64,000 bases of DNA from Lepidodermella squamata (taxonomy: Eukaryota > Animalia > Gastrotricha): the NCBI GenBank assembly GCA_047495785.1, contig JBLDXI010000024.1:5084001-5148000 (forward strand), written 5' to 3'. Both the position numbers and the translations under genes were made by a program. This document shows, one piece after another, positions 63,302 to 64,000 of this stretch; position 1 is the first letter of the stretch, and each line of letters opens with the position of its first letter. The notes under the pieces were generated by a model, which was not told the origin of the DNA, ran no database searches, and saw nothing but the letters and a program-made list of their open reading frames with translations.

Positions 63302-64000
63302 AATTGCGCCACAGAAGCTGGCTAATCGCAGACTCGGCATCACCACTCAGCAATATGTAGCTTTTAACGCGAGCGTTGCCATGATCACGTTGTTGCCGTT
63401 ACAGTTTGGCTGTAGCCGAGGTTAGATCGGCCTTCGCATAGAATATAAACAGAGCTGAACTGTCCTTCATCAATGATCCTCAGCCGCTTTAGCTCTGCCA
63501 ACCCGCGATAGCTCAGCTGGTAGAGCGGAGGACTGTAGATGCAACGCAGCTATCCTTAGGTCGGTGGTTCAAGTCCGCCTCGCGGGATTGCATGGTTTTT
63601 CACTTTCGTTGGGTAGCAGCTTTTCATTCGTTCGTCAGTAAAAATGCGCTGATAGATGTGCAAAGGCCCGTTGGTCTAGGGGTATGATTCTCGCTTTGGG
63701 TGCGAGAGGTCTCGGGTTCAAATCCCGGACGGGCCCAAGCTTTTTGAGCTAATAGCTGAAGCGGCAGCATTACAAAAGGTGTTTGCCATAACCTTGAGCG
63801 CATGTAATGTTATCACAGCGGCATCGGTGGTTCAGTGGTAGAATTCTCGCCTGCCACGCGGGAGGCCCGGGTTCGATTCCCGGCCGATGCAAGCGACCCT
63901 GTTTTTTCATATCAGCTTCGATGTGCATCAGGCAAATTATGAGCGCAGCAAAATCAAAAGCACTGACAATTCAAGACGCTTCAGTCATCCTTGGTAGTAT

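Larger units (their letters stand above)
1..64000. repeat. Tandem tRNA-gene macro-array (about 3.35-kb 20-gene unit interspersed with 896-bp 5-gene sub-units); runs off both window ends
   Basis: Near-identical blocks recur. Units measured from the Leu-CAG left end start at 116, 1012, 4348, 7693, 11029, 11925, 12821, 13717, 17062, 19457, 22802, 23698, 24594, 27939, 28835, 32171, 35515, 38860, then Leu-CAG-less units near 42194, 45136, 48075, then 51022, 54375, 57724, 61069. The ORF track repeats with the same periods (896 and 3336-3353). Confidence 0.99.

Noticed and set aside
1-64000. CRISPR array or bacterial/phage tRNA operon
   Set aside because: There is no repeat-with-unique-spacer pattern and no cas gene. 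The genes lack encoded CCA, lie on both strands, and have individual oligo-T terminators, A34 anticodons and a eukaryotic Tyr intron.
1-64000. tRNA-derived SINEs or other mobile elements
   Set aside because: The genes are full cloverleafs of distinct isotypes, with no SINE body, poly-A tail, target-site duplication or transposase/RT sequence.
1-64000. Whole array as an assembly artefact
   Set aside because: Units carry shared, position-clustered indels and SNPs and distinct rearrangement junctions, which simple artefactual duplication would not produce. Exact copy number and order still need read confirmation.
1-64000. Species assignment
   Set aside because: The tRNA bodies look animal-like, but I cannot recognise the spacers; a database search is required.

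Overview
The whole 64-kb window is a eukaryotic nuclear (most likely animal) tandem array of RNA polymerase III tRNA genes. No protein-coding gene is supported; every ORF in the track overlaps tRNA genes and recurs with the repeat. The basic unit is about 3,345 bp and holds 20 tRNA genes with 20 different anticodons for 14 amino acids, in this order: Leu-CAG(-), Ser-AGA(+), Gly-TCC(+), Gln-CTG(+), Ala-CGC(+), Leu-CAA(-), Arg-TCG(+), Lys-TTT(+), Ala-AGC(+), Thr-AGT(+), Glu-TTC(-), Pro-CGG(-), Phe-GAA(-), Asn-GTT(-), Tyr-GTA(+, 13-nt intron), Pro-TGG(+), Gly-GCC(+), Asp-GTC(+), Lys-CTT(-), Arg-ACG(-). By hand count there are 18 long units (some deleted or cut by the window edge) plus 7 complete 896-bp five-gene sub-units, about 380 tRNA gene copies in total. 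The array appears to be actively turning over. The 896-bp sub-unit carries a chimeric Leu-CAA/Leu-CAG gene. A 406-bp deletion in three adjacent units removes Leu-CAG and Ser-AGA and rebuilds a variant Gly-TCC. Arg-TCG is broken in 15 of 18 copies, and Thr-AGT has a disrupted anticodon stem in 9 of 18. One representative copy of each gene is annotated below, with other copies noted in the evidence. The organism cannot be identified from this window, and all counts are manual.
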